Assembly (NCBI GenBank): GCA_018398765.1
Contig: JAHBMJ010000388.1
Coordinates: 1-64,000, forward strand
Length of the DNA: 64,000 bases
Direction: 5' to 3'
From: Chromera velia
Taxonomy: Eukaryota
Below are positions 53,241 to 64,000 of this stretch, piece by piece. The position numbers were made by a program, and so were the translations under genes. How positions within the stretch are numbered: the first letter of the stretch is position 1; each line of letters starts with the position of its first letter. The notes below the pieces were generated by a model that worked only from the letters and a program-made list of their open reading frames with translations, was not told the origin of the DNA and did no database searches.

Positions 53241-54341
53241 CTTGAGTGAGCCAGTCCAACAGTATAGACGGACAAGGTGACCAATGCTTTTCCCCCTTTT
53301 GCTGCTTCGCTGTCTTGTCTCCAGGAAACTCAAACGAAAAGAAGAAAAGGACTTTTCGACATTTTCACGAAAGGGATGTCGCTTTTCCAAACGCTAGACA
53401 CAGGGTGCTTTTTGAAACTTTACCAAATCAAAAAAGTGAGATTTCTGCGGCTGGGTGTGTGCACTCAAGGACTGTGCATGCAGGCCAGCGCAAAAGCTAG
53501 GTGATCGTACTTCCCGATCTGATGTTTCTCACTCCTGTTCGTCGATTCGCGAGTGTCTTCCTTCGTCCTTCTCGTGTCACTGCACAAAAGCGAAGAATGT
53601 GGACAGGTATGGAGCTCTGCGGGCCTCCTTTCCATGCATTCTTGCTTCAATTTTTTTATATGGTTGCATGCATGGCTGGTATATATATATTAATACAAAT
53701 AATACAATAGCACATGCACACATTGTATATATGCATGCACACAAAAAAGTGTATACAAGTGATCGAGCTAGTGCGCGCGCTTTGCGCGCGGAAAGTGAAG
53801 CAGCATGTCGCGCCGAAACTCGATCTGAATACCAGCCAAACTATAAACTATAAACCAGCCCGATACCGATAGATACGATACCGATACACGCGGGCCTCGC
53901 GGGATCGTACGGACGTATATACGTTATTAAATTTGTATATATATATATATATATATATATATGTTCTCAGATCACATTGCATGTAATCGATCCATTATAA
54001 GGAGTAAGGATTGTGGCTGTAGCTCCCTGCTTGCGTGTGCAGTGAGCTGATAAAGGTGTCTAACATGACCCAGCAGGGAGTGTGCTGAAAAGATCCAAGC
54101 GGTCGGTTTGCAGTCTCACGTGTAGACCTAGCTGTCCGACTTTTGGAATGACAGCAAGAGATACATGCGTATTCATACATACACATGTGTGACAGTCAGA
54201 TATAATCCCGGCTGCTCGGTCTTGCGATTGCGCTTGCACCTCGTTTGTCTGTTCTGCTTCTTTTTTGCCTCGAGCTTCAAGCCCTTTTCTCTCAACAGGC
54301 ACCAAAACGGTTGAAGCGCCAGACGAATCCCCCGCTGACCA
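53241..54341. promoter_or_regulatory. Putative bidirectional promoter/5' UTRs between divergent genes
   Basis: About 1.1 kb between opposing ATGs. TGCATGCA at 53475, 53665 and 53732; AAACTAT tandem ~53838; GATAC repeats ~53862-53887; (TA)n ~53936-53962. Confidence 0.5.
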
Positions 54342-55863
54342 ATGGTCCCTTCCATCAGAGGCGCCGCCTCCTTCACAACCGTCATGCTGCTGTTTCTCTG
54401 TCTTCTTCCAGGAGCTGCCGCACAGACGGGCGCGGGGGCAGTCAACGGGATATCCCTCGAAGCAGCCAAGCACGCGGCCCTTGTGAAGATCAACCAAAAG
54501 AGAACATGTACGGATTGCTGTGCGGGAAGAACCTGCTGCTCTGCCCCAGTGCGACTCTCTGCCATCGACGTCAATTCTGTCGCACTTAGAGATTACCGGA
54601 CAGGAAGTGCAGCGAACGGTCGGTGATGTGTGAAATTTATACATTCAACAATTACCGGCTGGCACCTTTCTTGCCTCCGTATCTTTTGACCTGACCGCTG
54701 GCTGACTGACTGACTGACTGTCTGTCTGTCTGTCTGTCTAACTGTCTCCCGGAATGGCTGGTTGACAGCTGACTGACTCATCAGCCTCTCCTTCACCGCA
54801 TCTTTCCTGTAGCGTACATGCTCCCCATTTCTCTGTGGTCACTGAGTTGTGTGCCTGACGTTCAGTCAGTTAGCCAGTCAGTCAGTCAGTCGGTCGGTCG
54901 GTCGGTCGGTCAGTCAGTCAGTCAGTCAGTCAGTCAGTCAGTCAGTCAGTCAGTCAGTCAGTTCTCGGCCAGTTCTCGGCCAGCGGCAGTGTTTCTGTCT
55001 GCCCTTCTGGTGTCGACCCAAAAAGGTGGTGCCGCTTTCCGTCAGGCCAGTCCCTTGTTGTGCCCTCTTTGTCTTTCATGTCTCCAGTATATTCTTGATC
55101 CCGAAAGGTGTTTAAGAACAGATGAGCCCCAAATCGTTTCATTCTGGTCAATTGATCCATCCATACATGCAGGCGACGCTCTGTTTGACCTCCACCTGAT
55201 GAGCCTCGAGGATCCTTCTCTCGATTTCTTCTGCAGAGTTCGCAGCGTCTCCCTGACTCCCTCTCCTAGCAGTTTAAAAGGCTCAAGCAGTTTCGCAGAG
55301 ATCGAAACTGCACGCAGACGCCTGCACGCACAGAGCGGGAAAGGGAAAGCGGAAACGTCTGGGGAGGTTGGAGACCAATTCCAAAAGGACGTCATGGTCG
55401 CCTGGGGGACGTTGAACCTTCAATTGGTGGCCCTTGGGAACGCCTTTGAGGATTTGGATTCGAGAGGCGATGAGTTTGCTGTCGGGAATGCGTACGATCG
55501 TGAGCTTGCTTCCTTCAGTTGCGACTTGTCCTCTGGGTCCTCCCTCGACTCGGAACCTGTCCCACTTCCCACACACTCCCCGCTGTTGATCGCTTCACAG
55601 CAAGTGGCAACAGACAAGTTGAACGAGCGGCGGGATGAGTGCGCAGACAGGGTTGCAGACATGCCTGTGCTAGAGCGGTACGTGAGCGGTCTGGCTTCTG
55701 AGGCTTCACTGGAACGTCAGGTGGGTGCGTGAGTGTCCCTTTCTCTTGTTTGTTTGTCTGTCTGTGTGTTTGAAAATCTGTGTTCTGAATTTGTTTTGAA
55801 GGAGCCTGTCGCCTCTCAGTACATGCGTTTTCTTTATTCTCTCGACATTGACATTTCATTCAT

Positions 55864-55894
<31 letters not shown>

Positions 55895-56185
55895 GTCTGT
55901 CTTTCTTTCTTTCTGTCTGTCTGTCTGTCTGTCTTTCTTTCTTTCTTTCTGTCTTTCTGTCTTTCTGTCTTTCTGTCTTTCTGTCCGTCTGTCTGTCTGT
56001 CTGTCTGTCTGTCTTTCTGTCTTTCTGTCTTTCTGTCTGTCTTTCTTTCTTTCTTTCTTTCTTTCTTTCATTCTTTCATTCATTCTTTCATTCTTTCATT
56101 CATTCATTCAGTTTGCTTGCCTGTCTGTCTATCTGTCTGTCTGTCTGTCTGTCTGTCTATTTGTCTGTTTATCTGTTTGTCTGTT

Positions 56186-56220
<35 letters not shown>

Positions 56221-56222
56221 AT

Positions 56223-56261
<39 letters not shown>

Positions 56262-56310
56262 TTGTCTGTTTTTCTGTTTGTCTGTTTGTCTGTTTGTCTG
56301 TTTGTCTGTT

Positions 56311-56353
<43 letters not shown>

Positions 56354-59300
56354 ATTGTCTGTCTGTCTGTCTGCCTGTCTGTCTGTCTGCCTGTCTGTCT
56401 GTCTGTTTGTCTGTTTGTCTGTCTGTCTGTTTGTCTGTTTGTCTGTCTGTCTGTTTGTCTATTTGTCTGTTTGTCTGTCTGTCTGTCTCTCTGCGCTGCG
56501 AAGTGCCCCCACACCCCCACCTGCCCCTCTCTGACTTGACGACGCCTGCTTGTCTCTCGTTTGGTTTTTCGTTTTGGTTTCGTGTATCTTTTCTATTTAC
56601 TGTGTCTCTTTCTTGTCTTCTAGGAGTGAGAAGTAGCGTGTGACTTCAAGTGATCACGAATGTGAAATTTCATCCAGGGAGCAGACGCAAGGGAGGAGCG
56701 CTTCAGTCTGTCTCCTTCGGGCCGCCTATCGCGTCTGATTGTCGGTACTTTGTTTGATTGTCCGAATGTTTTTTTGTCTTGTTTTGTTTTGAAAGGATAC
56801 AGACAGAAAAAGGAAAAAAGGAAGTCATTTAGTCTGTATTTTAACCGTCTCTCTCTCCCCGTCGAGCGATCCATGCAGGTGCGTCTTGACGATCCTGGCG
56901 ACGCATTTGTTCAGGACCGTGCGGGTCTGTCCGTCTCTTTTTCGGCGGATTTGAAGTTGGAGAGTGGAAGCGGTGGGGGGAACAAGACGACGACCACTGT
57001 CGGTCGACACAATTTTGTGGTGCAGTGGAGACTGAAGACTGTCGATGCAGAGGGGGGCTACGATCGTCTGCCTCTCCTTAACGTTGCAGATGCCTCCCTT
57101 TCCGCTGTCGCCTCTTTCATCCAAGTCAGCTCTTCCTCTTCCTCTTCGTCTGCAGAGGCGGAGGACGAAGCAATCCGAAAAAGAGAATTTGAGTTTTCGA
57201 GGACCAAGCATCACTCTCATGGACCCAAGCACAAGCACATGCACATGCAAACATTCGACTCCTCCTCAGACGGAGCGGAGGGCGGTCAAGGTAACCACTA
57301 CGCAGGGGCAATCAACGGAACCGACCCCTCTTCCCATCATCACCAACACCACCATCACAAGAAACACCACCACCACCACCTGACGGGTTCTGATGTTGGG
57401 GCTATGGCCCTCGATGAGATCATTTTCCGTTTGACAAACACCGGGGGCGAAGGGGCAGCCCAGAAGAAACCGCCAAACGGTTTCATAGAGTCCACAGTGT
57501 CTGCTGACGGCTCCGTGTCCTTCTCTGAGGGGACCCCCACGGCACCTTCAAACAGTCCTGCGCTCATTCAAGAGCAGACGGCCCGGGTGGCGGTCATTCA
57601 GCAGGCCAAAAAATCAGAAGTAGGTCTCAAAGCAATCCTCAAGTGTCTCAAGACAGGGCAAACCGATTCCCCCCTCTTGTCTGCAGACAAGCAGACCACC
57701 CCGGTGGGTTCAACCACCTCCAACTCCACCCATTCTCTCCAGAGCTCTACAGAGACTGCCAGTACGAACTCATCACTTCCCGTCCATTTGTCTGTCGCAT
57801 CGCCTGAAGGTCCCTCCTTCATTCAACTTGCCTCTGCGTCTCTTTCCCATGATAAAACAGAAAAAGGGGAGGAAGCAAAAAGGGAAAAGGAAAGAGATAA
57901 TGTAGACCCGACCGCAGTTCACGGCATGGAAGCCCACGAACACGACGCAAACGGCCCCCATGACCACCACCACCATCACCACCACCACCACCATCAATAT
58001 GAAGATGAACTGAAGACCTCCTCTCCTGACTCCAACTCTGCGTCCGCCTCCTTCATTGAGACAGAAAGTCTCACCCCCGGCGTCCCCCCCAACAACGACA
58101 GTCCATTTGCCCTATCCTCCACTGCATTGGATCGTCTCATGCTCACCATTGCTCAACAACACGGATTCCTTACCGACTACACCCTCAATGAGAATGTCAC
58201 GGACGTAGGCTCTTCCCCTCCACCCAGCCACCCGATTGCAGAAGCAAACCCAGAACCCAATCCAACCAAGCAGGCACAAACTCCAAGCACACAGAAGGGA
58301 AACCGAACCGAACGACTCCTTCCCGCAGCTGCCTCATTCCTTCAGACTGAAGAAGCTCTCCTTCAGCACAACAAGGGAGAATCTACTCCGGAACGCACCG
58401 CGGAGGCTCGCCCCCACATGCAAGCAGGCAAATACGAGGAGGACATCTCAATGCATGCACACAAAGAAAGAAAGGTCAGCCATCCAACACACTCACTCAA
58501 CGACGTCATGCTCGAAGCTCTCACCCCTGACATGGTAAAAAGAATGGAGACATCCTTTACCGCCACAAGTTCGAGGCATGAGGAGGAGGCCGACCAGGAC
58601 GACTCAGAGAAGGACCTGCAGACCGACACGGAGGGAGATGCTGAGAGGGAACTGAAAGAGGACGAAGAAGAAGAAACAGGTGGAGAAGAAAATCAAGTCG
58701 ACACCAAAGGACAGACCAAATCGAACTCGGAGGTGACCCTGTCACCAGAGCGCTCAGTTTCGCCAGTGCCGACCGGAGCCCAACCAGCGGTATCATTTGT
58801 TGAAAAAACAGTCCACGTCCCCGCACATAAATCAAAAAGCCGAAAGCTGCCCCCGGCACCCGAAGGTTTCAGTCAGACCCAAGCGATGCTCCTCGAGATT
58901 CTGACAAACAAATGGAAACAAGAAGAGCGCAATCGAAAAAGCAGAGAGGTAGAGATCTTTCAGCCCGATTTTTCTGATTCTTTGCCGTTCGGCGATGAAG
59001 AAAAAGAAAACTTGAGGACATCCTCCCTCCCGCATTCGCATTCCAAACCGGAGAGAGACCAGCCCCCTGAATTTGGAATTTCCTTTCTCCAAGAGAGTGA
59101 ACAGCAAACTCACGCCTCGCTGCCCTCACCATCCCAGCCCCAGGCTGCTACCTCAATCGGCCTCCCTCCCTCTGCCTCCCTTCCGGTTCCAAAGCCACCG
59201 CCGGGCAGGCACTGGCGTTACGGCCCCGCTGTGATGAATGCGATTTTGGCCCATTTGAACCAGATGGTCCGCACTGGACGTCTCGGAAGAAAAACGCCCA

Positions 59301-60886
59301 CCCTGCCTCCTGCACAACAACAGCAGCAGCAGCAGCAGCAGCAGCACGCCCAGGCTGCCTCCACACCTCCGACGGTACCTGTTTCTCCTCCTCCTCCAGA
59401 CCCTGACGTTCCATCTCGATCGGGAGGAGGAGAAGAAGCTGCGGCACCATCAGCGTCTGTGATGTCACAGATAAGTTCCGGAGGTCAAAGGGTATTCTCT
59501 GCAGCGAAAGCTGTCGTGTCTCGACTTTCGGAAACAGTCATGGGAGGAGGGGCCAGGAGAGGAGATAAAAACGCAGCAGGAGAGGCTGCGACCGCATTGC
59601 CATCTACCGTGGCACCTGAAGCGCCAGCAGCCATACCGACTCAACAGACACCCCCCCTTCCACAAACGGTACCCGTCCCCATCCAAGCTGCGGGAATGGC
59701 TTTGAACCCTGCCTCTGACACATTTTGGGGAGACCTTTTCTCAAACGCCCTGAGCGACATAGAGAAACTTGAAGTTCCGTCAAGTGCCGCAGGCGCAAGG
59801 GACAGGGACAGCGCTGTGCAGTCGATGCAGGCAGCCCTGCAGTCGTCTTCGTTTGGGAAATCTGACCAACAGTACTCCTCCGAGAGCCCAGGGCTGAGTC
59901 TGGCTGGGCTCTTCGGAGGCGTTGGTGAGGGTGAGGGTGAGGGGGTGTCCCTGTCGAGTGAGGAGCGTGTCGGTTTGAGCAAGGACCTCGAGTCCCTTTT
60001 TCTCTGGACGGGCGAGAAGGCACCGGAGAAAAGTGCAGAGGTTCTGTCGCGCATTGTGAAGGCAGCACGGGAGGAGGCAGCAGCTTCTGGTGAGTTGGAT
60101 GGATGTGTGTCGCTCTCTCCCCTTCTCTTTCGCACGAGGGCCGTACATAGTAGTAAGAACAGAACAAAACGATACGAATGAAAGGATTTTGATACCTTGC
60201 AGCAGGAATTCGTTTTGTGCTGTTTGTCTTCAGCACCGAATGTGTACTACAATGACGCACGCATTCATTCGTGTGTGTGGTGTGTGATTCAGGAACGAAT
60301 CCGGATGGAAAGAAGAAGTCGAAGGACTTCGCCTCTCTGCTGAGGACCTCTGTCTCGAGAGTGCGCTCTGAGTTAGAAACCGAACTTGGGCAGTCTGGGT
60401 TGGGTGTGGGAGACGGCGCTGAGGGAGGGAACAAGGGAGGTGAGGGAAAGTCAGCGTCACCGCAGGCGGCTGCCGGGAGCTTTGAGGAGTCTGGAGCTTC
60501 TTCTCTTGGGGCTGCGGCTGCTGCTGCTGCTGTGGCATCCCGCACTCAGGCGGCACAGAGGGAGCTGAAGGGGGGGGGCATGGAGGAAAGGGCTGAGTCT
60601 GACGCTATGCAGCCGGGGGGACGGGGGAGTGACGTTGACGTCTTCTGGACTCTCATGACAGAGATGGATGAGTTGAAGAGCAACAGTGAGATAGATGTCA
60701 CAGTCGACGTGATGGGATTCGATGTCTGTCAGAATTCGTCAGTCAATTTGAGGAAATTAAGAAAAACCTGAAAGTCAAAAGTTGGCAAATTCGCGCATAG
60801 GCAGGTAGGTGGGGAAAATTACGCGAAGGTTGTGCGAACCGGAAAGTGCGACCAGAGAGGTTTGTGCGGTGTTTTTGACACACGAA

Positions 60887-60917
<31 letters not shown>

Positions 60918-62812
60918 CACTGATTCCAAACATGAACGTTCGAACTCTCTTACCCGGCCAGACAACCTGAGGCAAAGAGGGGGGGGCGGCAAAGAAACTT
61001 ATTGATGCATCGTGAGAAACCTGCACCAGATCAGAGAAGAGTCACTGACCGGCTGTGCCCAGTAGCCCTGCTTTTCTTGCATTTTCCTGCCTGTCTACTT
61101 ATGTGCTTTCTTGACAATTTGACCGACTACCTTCTGACTCTCTCTCTCTGTGCTTGTTGTGCAGGAGCTTCGCAGATGAGATCCCGAGCGCCTCTCTGAT
61201 CCAATTGGATGCCCGCCTAGCTTCTCGCGAGTCGGTCAAAGAACTTCTTTGTAGTCTAGTGTCGAAGTGCATCTATGCCCGGTTGCTTCCTTCATTCCTA
61301 CATCGCTCCCTGCCCTTCCACGGACACCTGAGCTAGCTCGGTTTGGTGTGTTTTGTTGCTGTCTCCCTTTGCCAGATTTGCCACGAAAGATCACGAAAAA
61401 GAAAGATTTGACGTATCGCTAAATGACGGCCGAAATCCACTCGATGATCGGAGTCCTTCACAGTCATCTTCTTGCTCCTCGTCTGCGCTGAATGGGCTCC
61501 GATTGAATGAGGATACAAAAACAAGAAAAAGAGAGAAACCCACAGCATGGAATGAGTGCAAGTCAAGGTCTCCTTCCTCTTTTCTGTCGATTCTTTGGAT
61601 GAGTTGGGTGTGGTCAAAAACCTCTGGATGACTGCCTGCCTGCAGCGTCTCCTCATCCTTCTCTGATTCTGGGGTGAAGACGAAGACAGAGAGGGGTGCC
61701 GGGAGGTCCGTTGGCATCGGATCAGATGGGGGGGATGAGAGTGACGGAGTCGAAGGGGAGGGTGAAGAGGATGGTATGAGTTTGTACACCGTCAGCGTGA
61801 GCCCTGAGGACTTGGAATTTGACCCCAGGAGAATCCCTCTTCTCGCCATGTGCTTTTCCACGGTACGTCAGCCTGCCAGATTGATTAATCTGACACATGC
61901 ATGGCTTTTACCACAGTCAGTCCACCTCGAGATGCATGTGCATGCAGAAAGAATACTTTCATTTCCTCTGTAGACTCGTAATTTGGGCCCTTGAAGTCAG
62001 CTATTCAACAGCCCAGACTCGCACTCCCATCATGCGTGCGTGCGTCAATTGCCTCCCCCTCTCTCTCTGCAGATTCCGAACGAGGGATCCTGTGCTTCCT
62101 CTTTCGCCGTCGCGGCAGTCACGGTGAGCCCTCCCTAGGACTGAGAAAAAGGGTGCGGCTGCATGGGTGCATATGTTGGAGAGAGAATGGACTGCATGTA
62201 CCGGTGCGTTGCCGTCTTTGGGCCGATTCAAGGAGGGAAGGAGTATTCAAGCGAGTGTCCTAGATAGACCATCATCCGTCTGAGAGCAGAGTTGGACTCT
62301 CTTCCGAGCAGCGATCTTTAAGGGATAGATAGATAGATAGATAGATAGAGACATAAAGGCGGCAAGTGAAGGAAGAGGGCGCCAAACAAAGAGATCACCA
62401 GGCACGCCACTGATACCATCCATGCATGGGTTCTGCCCTCGTCTGCTGTCTTCTTCTTCTTCTTCTTCTTCTTCTTTTTCTTCTTCTTCTTCTTCTTCTT
62501 CTGTCTGCAGGCAGCAACCGACACGATGTGCAGACGAAATTCGACCACCTGGACGCTGGAGGCTGGAAGCGACCACTGGCTGTCCTGGGCCCAGGCAATT
62601 GAGTGCACAGCGGGGGCCCCGGCAGTTCCTTCTGTCGGGGCGGGGGGATCCGACGGAACAAAGACGACACAGACAGCAGGGACGGAGACTGGATGCGACG
62701 GTGGAAGTGTCGAAGACGTTCTCGAATATTTGAGTGAGTGAGTGAGTGAGTGAGTGAGTGAGTGAGGGAGTGAATGAGTGAATAAGTGAGAGAGTGAATA
62801 AGTGAGTCTGTG

Positions 62813-62847
<35 letters not shown>

Positions 62848-63423
62848 GGGTCGCATAGAGAGGCTGAGAGCGTTGAAGAACTGAGAGAAAGAACAAATCC
62901 TCTGTCAAAAAAAAATTCACTTCATCGATCACACTCTTTTTTGCATTCTTGTGCTTCACAGCCATGTGCTAGTTGCGTTCATGAGTCTGTCTGTCTGTCT
63001 GTCTGTCTGTCCGCTTCCGCTTTTCTGACTGCACATGTCTCATCCTTCGTTGTTGCTTGCAGGCGAGACCGGCCTATGTCTGTACGAAGACATTCCGTAC
63101 AAAGCGAGGTCGGCAAGCCAACTGCATCCGTGTGTGAAGTGAGAGCACATGCGAACAATCCCTAGGCATCTGTGCTATCGTGTCGAGTCCTTGCGAGAGA
63201 GAAACAGCAGGATGTTGCACACAAAACGCTGCATGTTCATGCTTCATCCATGTCACCCTTCATTCTCGTGAAGGAGATCTTGAAGACTTCGCAATCTCAT
63301 CCGAGTTTCACTCTCTCTTTCTGTCGAATCACTCGAAGAACCAACCGGCAAACATGGTTTTGTGAGAGCCCAGAAAACCGAAGACCTCGCCGACCTCCCA
63401 AGCAACAAAATAGAGAGCGAGCA

Positions 63424-63458
<35 letters not shown>

Positions 63459-63714
63459 AGGTTGATTGATTGATTGATTGATTGTGGGAAGTGCCCACTG
63501 CCCCTGTACGGACGTGTTTTGACGCCCCTGTTGCTGTTTTGGTCTGCAGTGCCGTGCCATCTCTGGTCACTCACAAACGCCATTGCGTGGAAAATGAAGG
63601 GCAAGAGGGGACCACCGAGGGGGGTTGTGAGAGACGGCAAATTGGCGGCTTCGTTCAACTGCCCTCCCGAAGTCAAGGCTACTCGTACAGCCAGATTGCG
63701 GTCCGTCTGTCTGG
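54342..63714 (+). CDS. Multi-exon secreted papain-family (C1A, cathepsin B/C-like) protein with Cys-to-Ser at the catalytic position and a very long N-terminal region; 3' incomplete
   Basis: Signal peptide MVPSIRGAASFTTVMLLFLCLLPGAAAQ. Phase-consistent exons: 54342-54618, 54984-55025, 55173-55720, 56879-60089, 60293-~60738, ~61166-61280, ~61376-61567, ~61646-61862, 62073-62123, 62511-62733, 63063-63108, 63550-63714. Papain motifs EFDPRR..C, IPNEGSCASSFAVAAV, TDTMC..LSWAQAIEC..GCDGGSVEDVLEYL, GLCLYEDIPY. Confidence 0.8.
54863..54962 (+). repeat. Intronic (GTCA)n/(GTCG)n array
   Basis: Direct inspection. Confidence 0.95.
55860..56490 (+). repeat. Intronic (TTTC)/(TCTG)/(TTTG) microsatellite
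   Basis: Direct inspection. Confidence 0.95.
56879..60089 (+). CDS. 3.2-kb exon encoding low-complexity His/Gln/Pro/acidic region with repeated SF-x-Q/E motifs
   Basis: Open 1143-aa ORF with an ATGCAG acceptor at 56878 and a GTGAGT donor at 60090. Poly-His near 57.35 and 57.97 kb; poly-Gln near 59.33 kb. Confidence 0.85.
62731..62843 (+). repeat. (GTGA)n array at splice donor followed by (TC)n
   Basis: The donor GTGAGT at 62734 lies at the start of the array. Confidence 0.95.
63424..63484 (+). repeat. Intronic (GATT)n microsatellite
   Basis: Direct inspection. Confidence 0.95.
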
Positions 63715-64000
63715 GTAAGCATGGCCATGTGTGGGGGGCATGGGCGAGGGAGGGAGGTGGTGCCTGTCTGTGAGGGTGGCAAGGTGGCCTCGTTGGAGGA
63801 TGGGTGAATGAGGAATGCGAGGCGTGGCAGGGCGTGTGGCTCGTGCGAGTCTGAACGACTCGCCCTCTTGAGCTGTTCCTTGAGTGTCTTCATGAACATT
63901 TCAGTCATCAGTTTCGACAATGACTGAATTTCTCAGTGGGTGGGATTTGTTCGACAACTGCAGCGATGCTCTCAAGTCTCTCTGTGGCTCTGTGTGCGCT

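Noticed and set aside
55733..56643. LSVC/TDRQ ORFs
   Set aside because: Intronic (TCTG)n microsatellite.
1..64000. tRNA, rRNA, snRNA genes or CRISPR arrays
   Set aside because: No recognisable motifs by eye and repeats lack a repeat-spacer structure; a covariance-model search was not possible.

Overview
Eukaryotic, intron-rich genomic DNA. It is most consistent with a myzozoan alveolate (apicomplexan or chromerid-like): GT-AG introns with frequent GTCAGT/GTGAGT donors and (T)GCAG acceptors, abundant TGCATGCA, and RRL and SF-x-Q/E motifs in secreted proteins. The species cannot be assigned from sequence alone. There are three zones. (1) 1-13.2 kb is a gene-free repeat zone with a reiterated multi-block repeat (one copy inverted beside a 33-N gap), a composite TC/CA/GA microsatellite duplication, a 1169-bp hAT-type non-autonomous transposon with TIRs and an exact 8-bp TSD, and possible transposase relics. 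(2) About 13.8-53.24 kb (minus) is one giant multi-exon gene for a polycystin-1/PKDREJ-like surface receptor: signal peptide, about 9 Cys-containing beta-rich repeats with an embedded NHL segment, 3 Myxococcus-type Cys-rich repeats, REJ module, GAIN/GPS with intact HL/S, then only about 5 TM helices (no PLAT or TRP-like channel block seen). (3) 54.34 kb to beyond the window end (plus) is a divergent multi-exon gene for a secreted papain-family protein. Its catalytic Cys is replaced by Ser (NEGSCASSFA), and the protease domain is preceded by two possible cystatin-like units and a >1000-aa His-rich region punctuated by repeated SF-x-Q/E motifs, each followed by a short helix. Gene models were spliced by hand, so internal exon boundaries are partly provisional.
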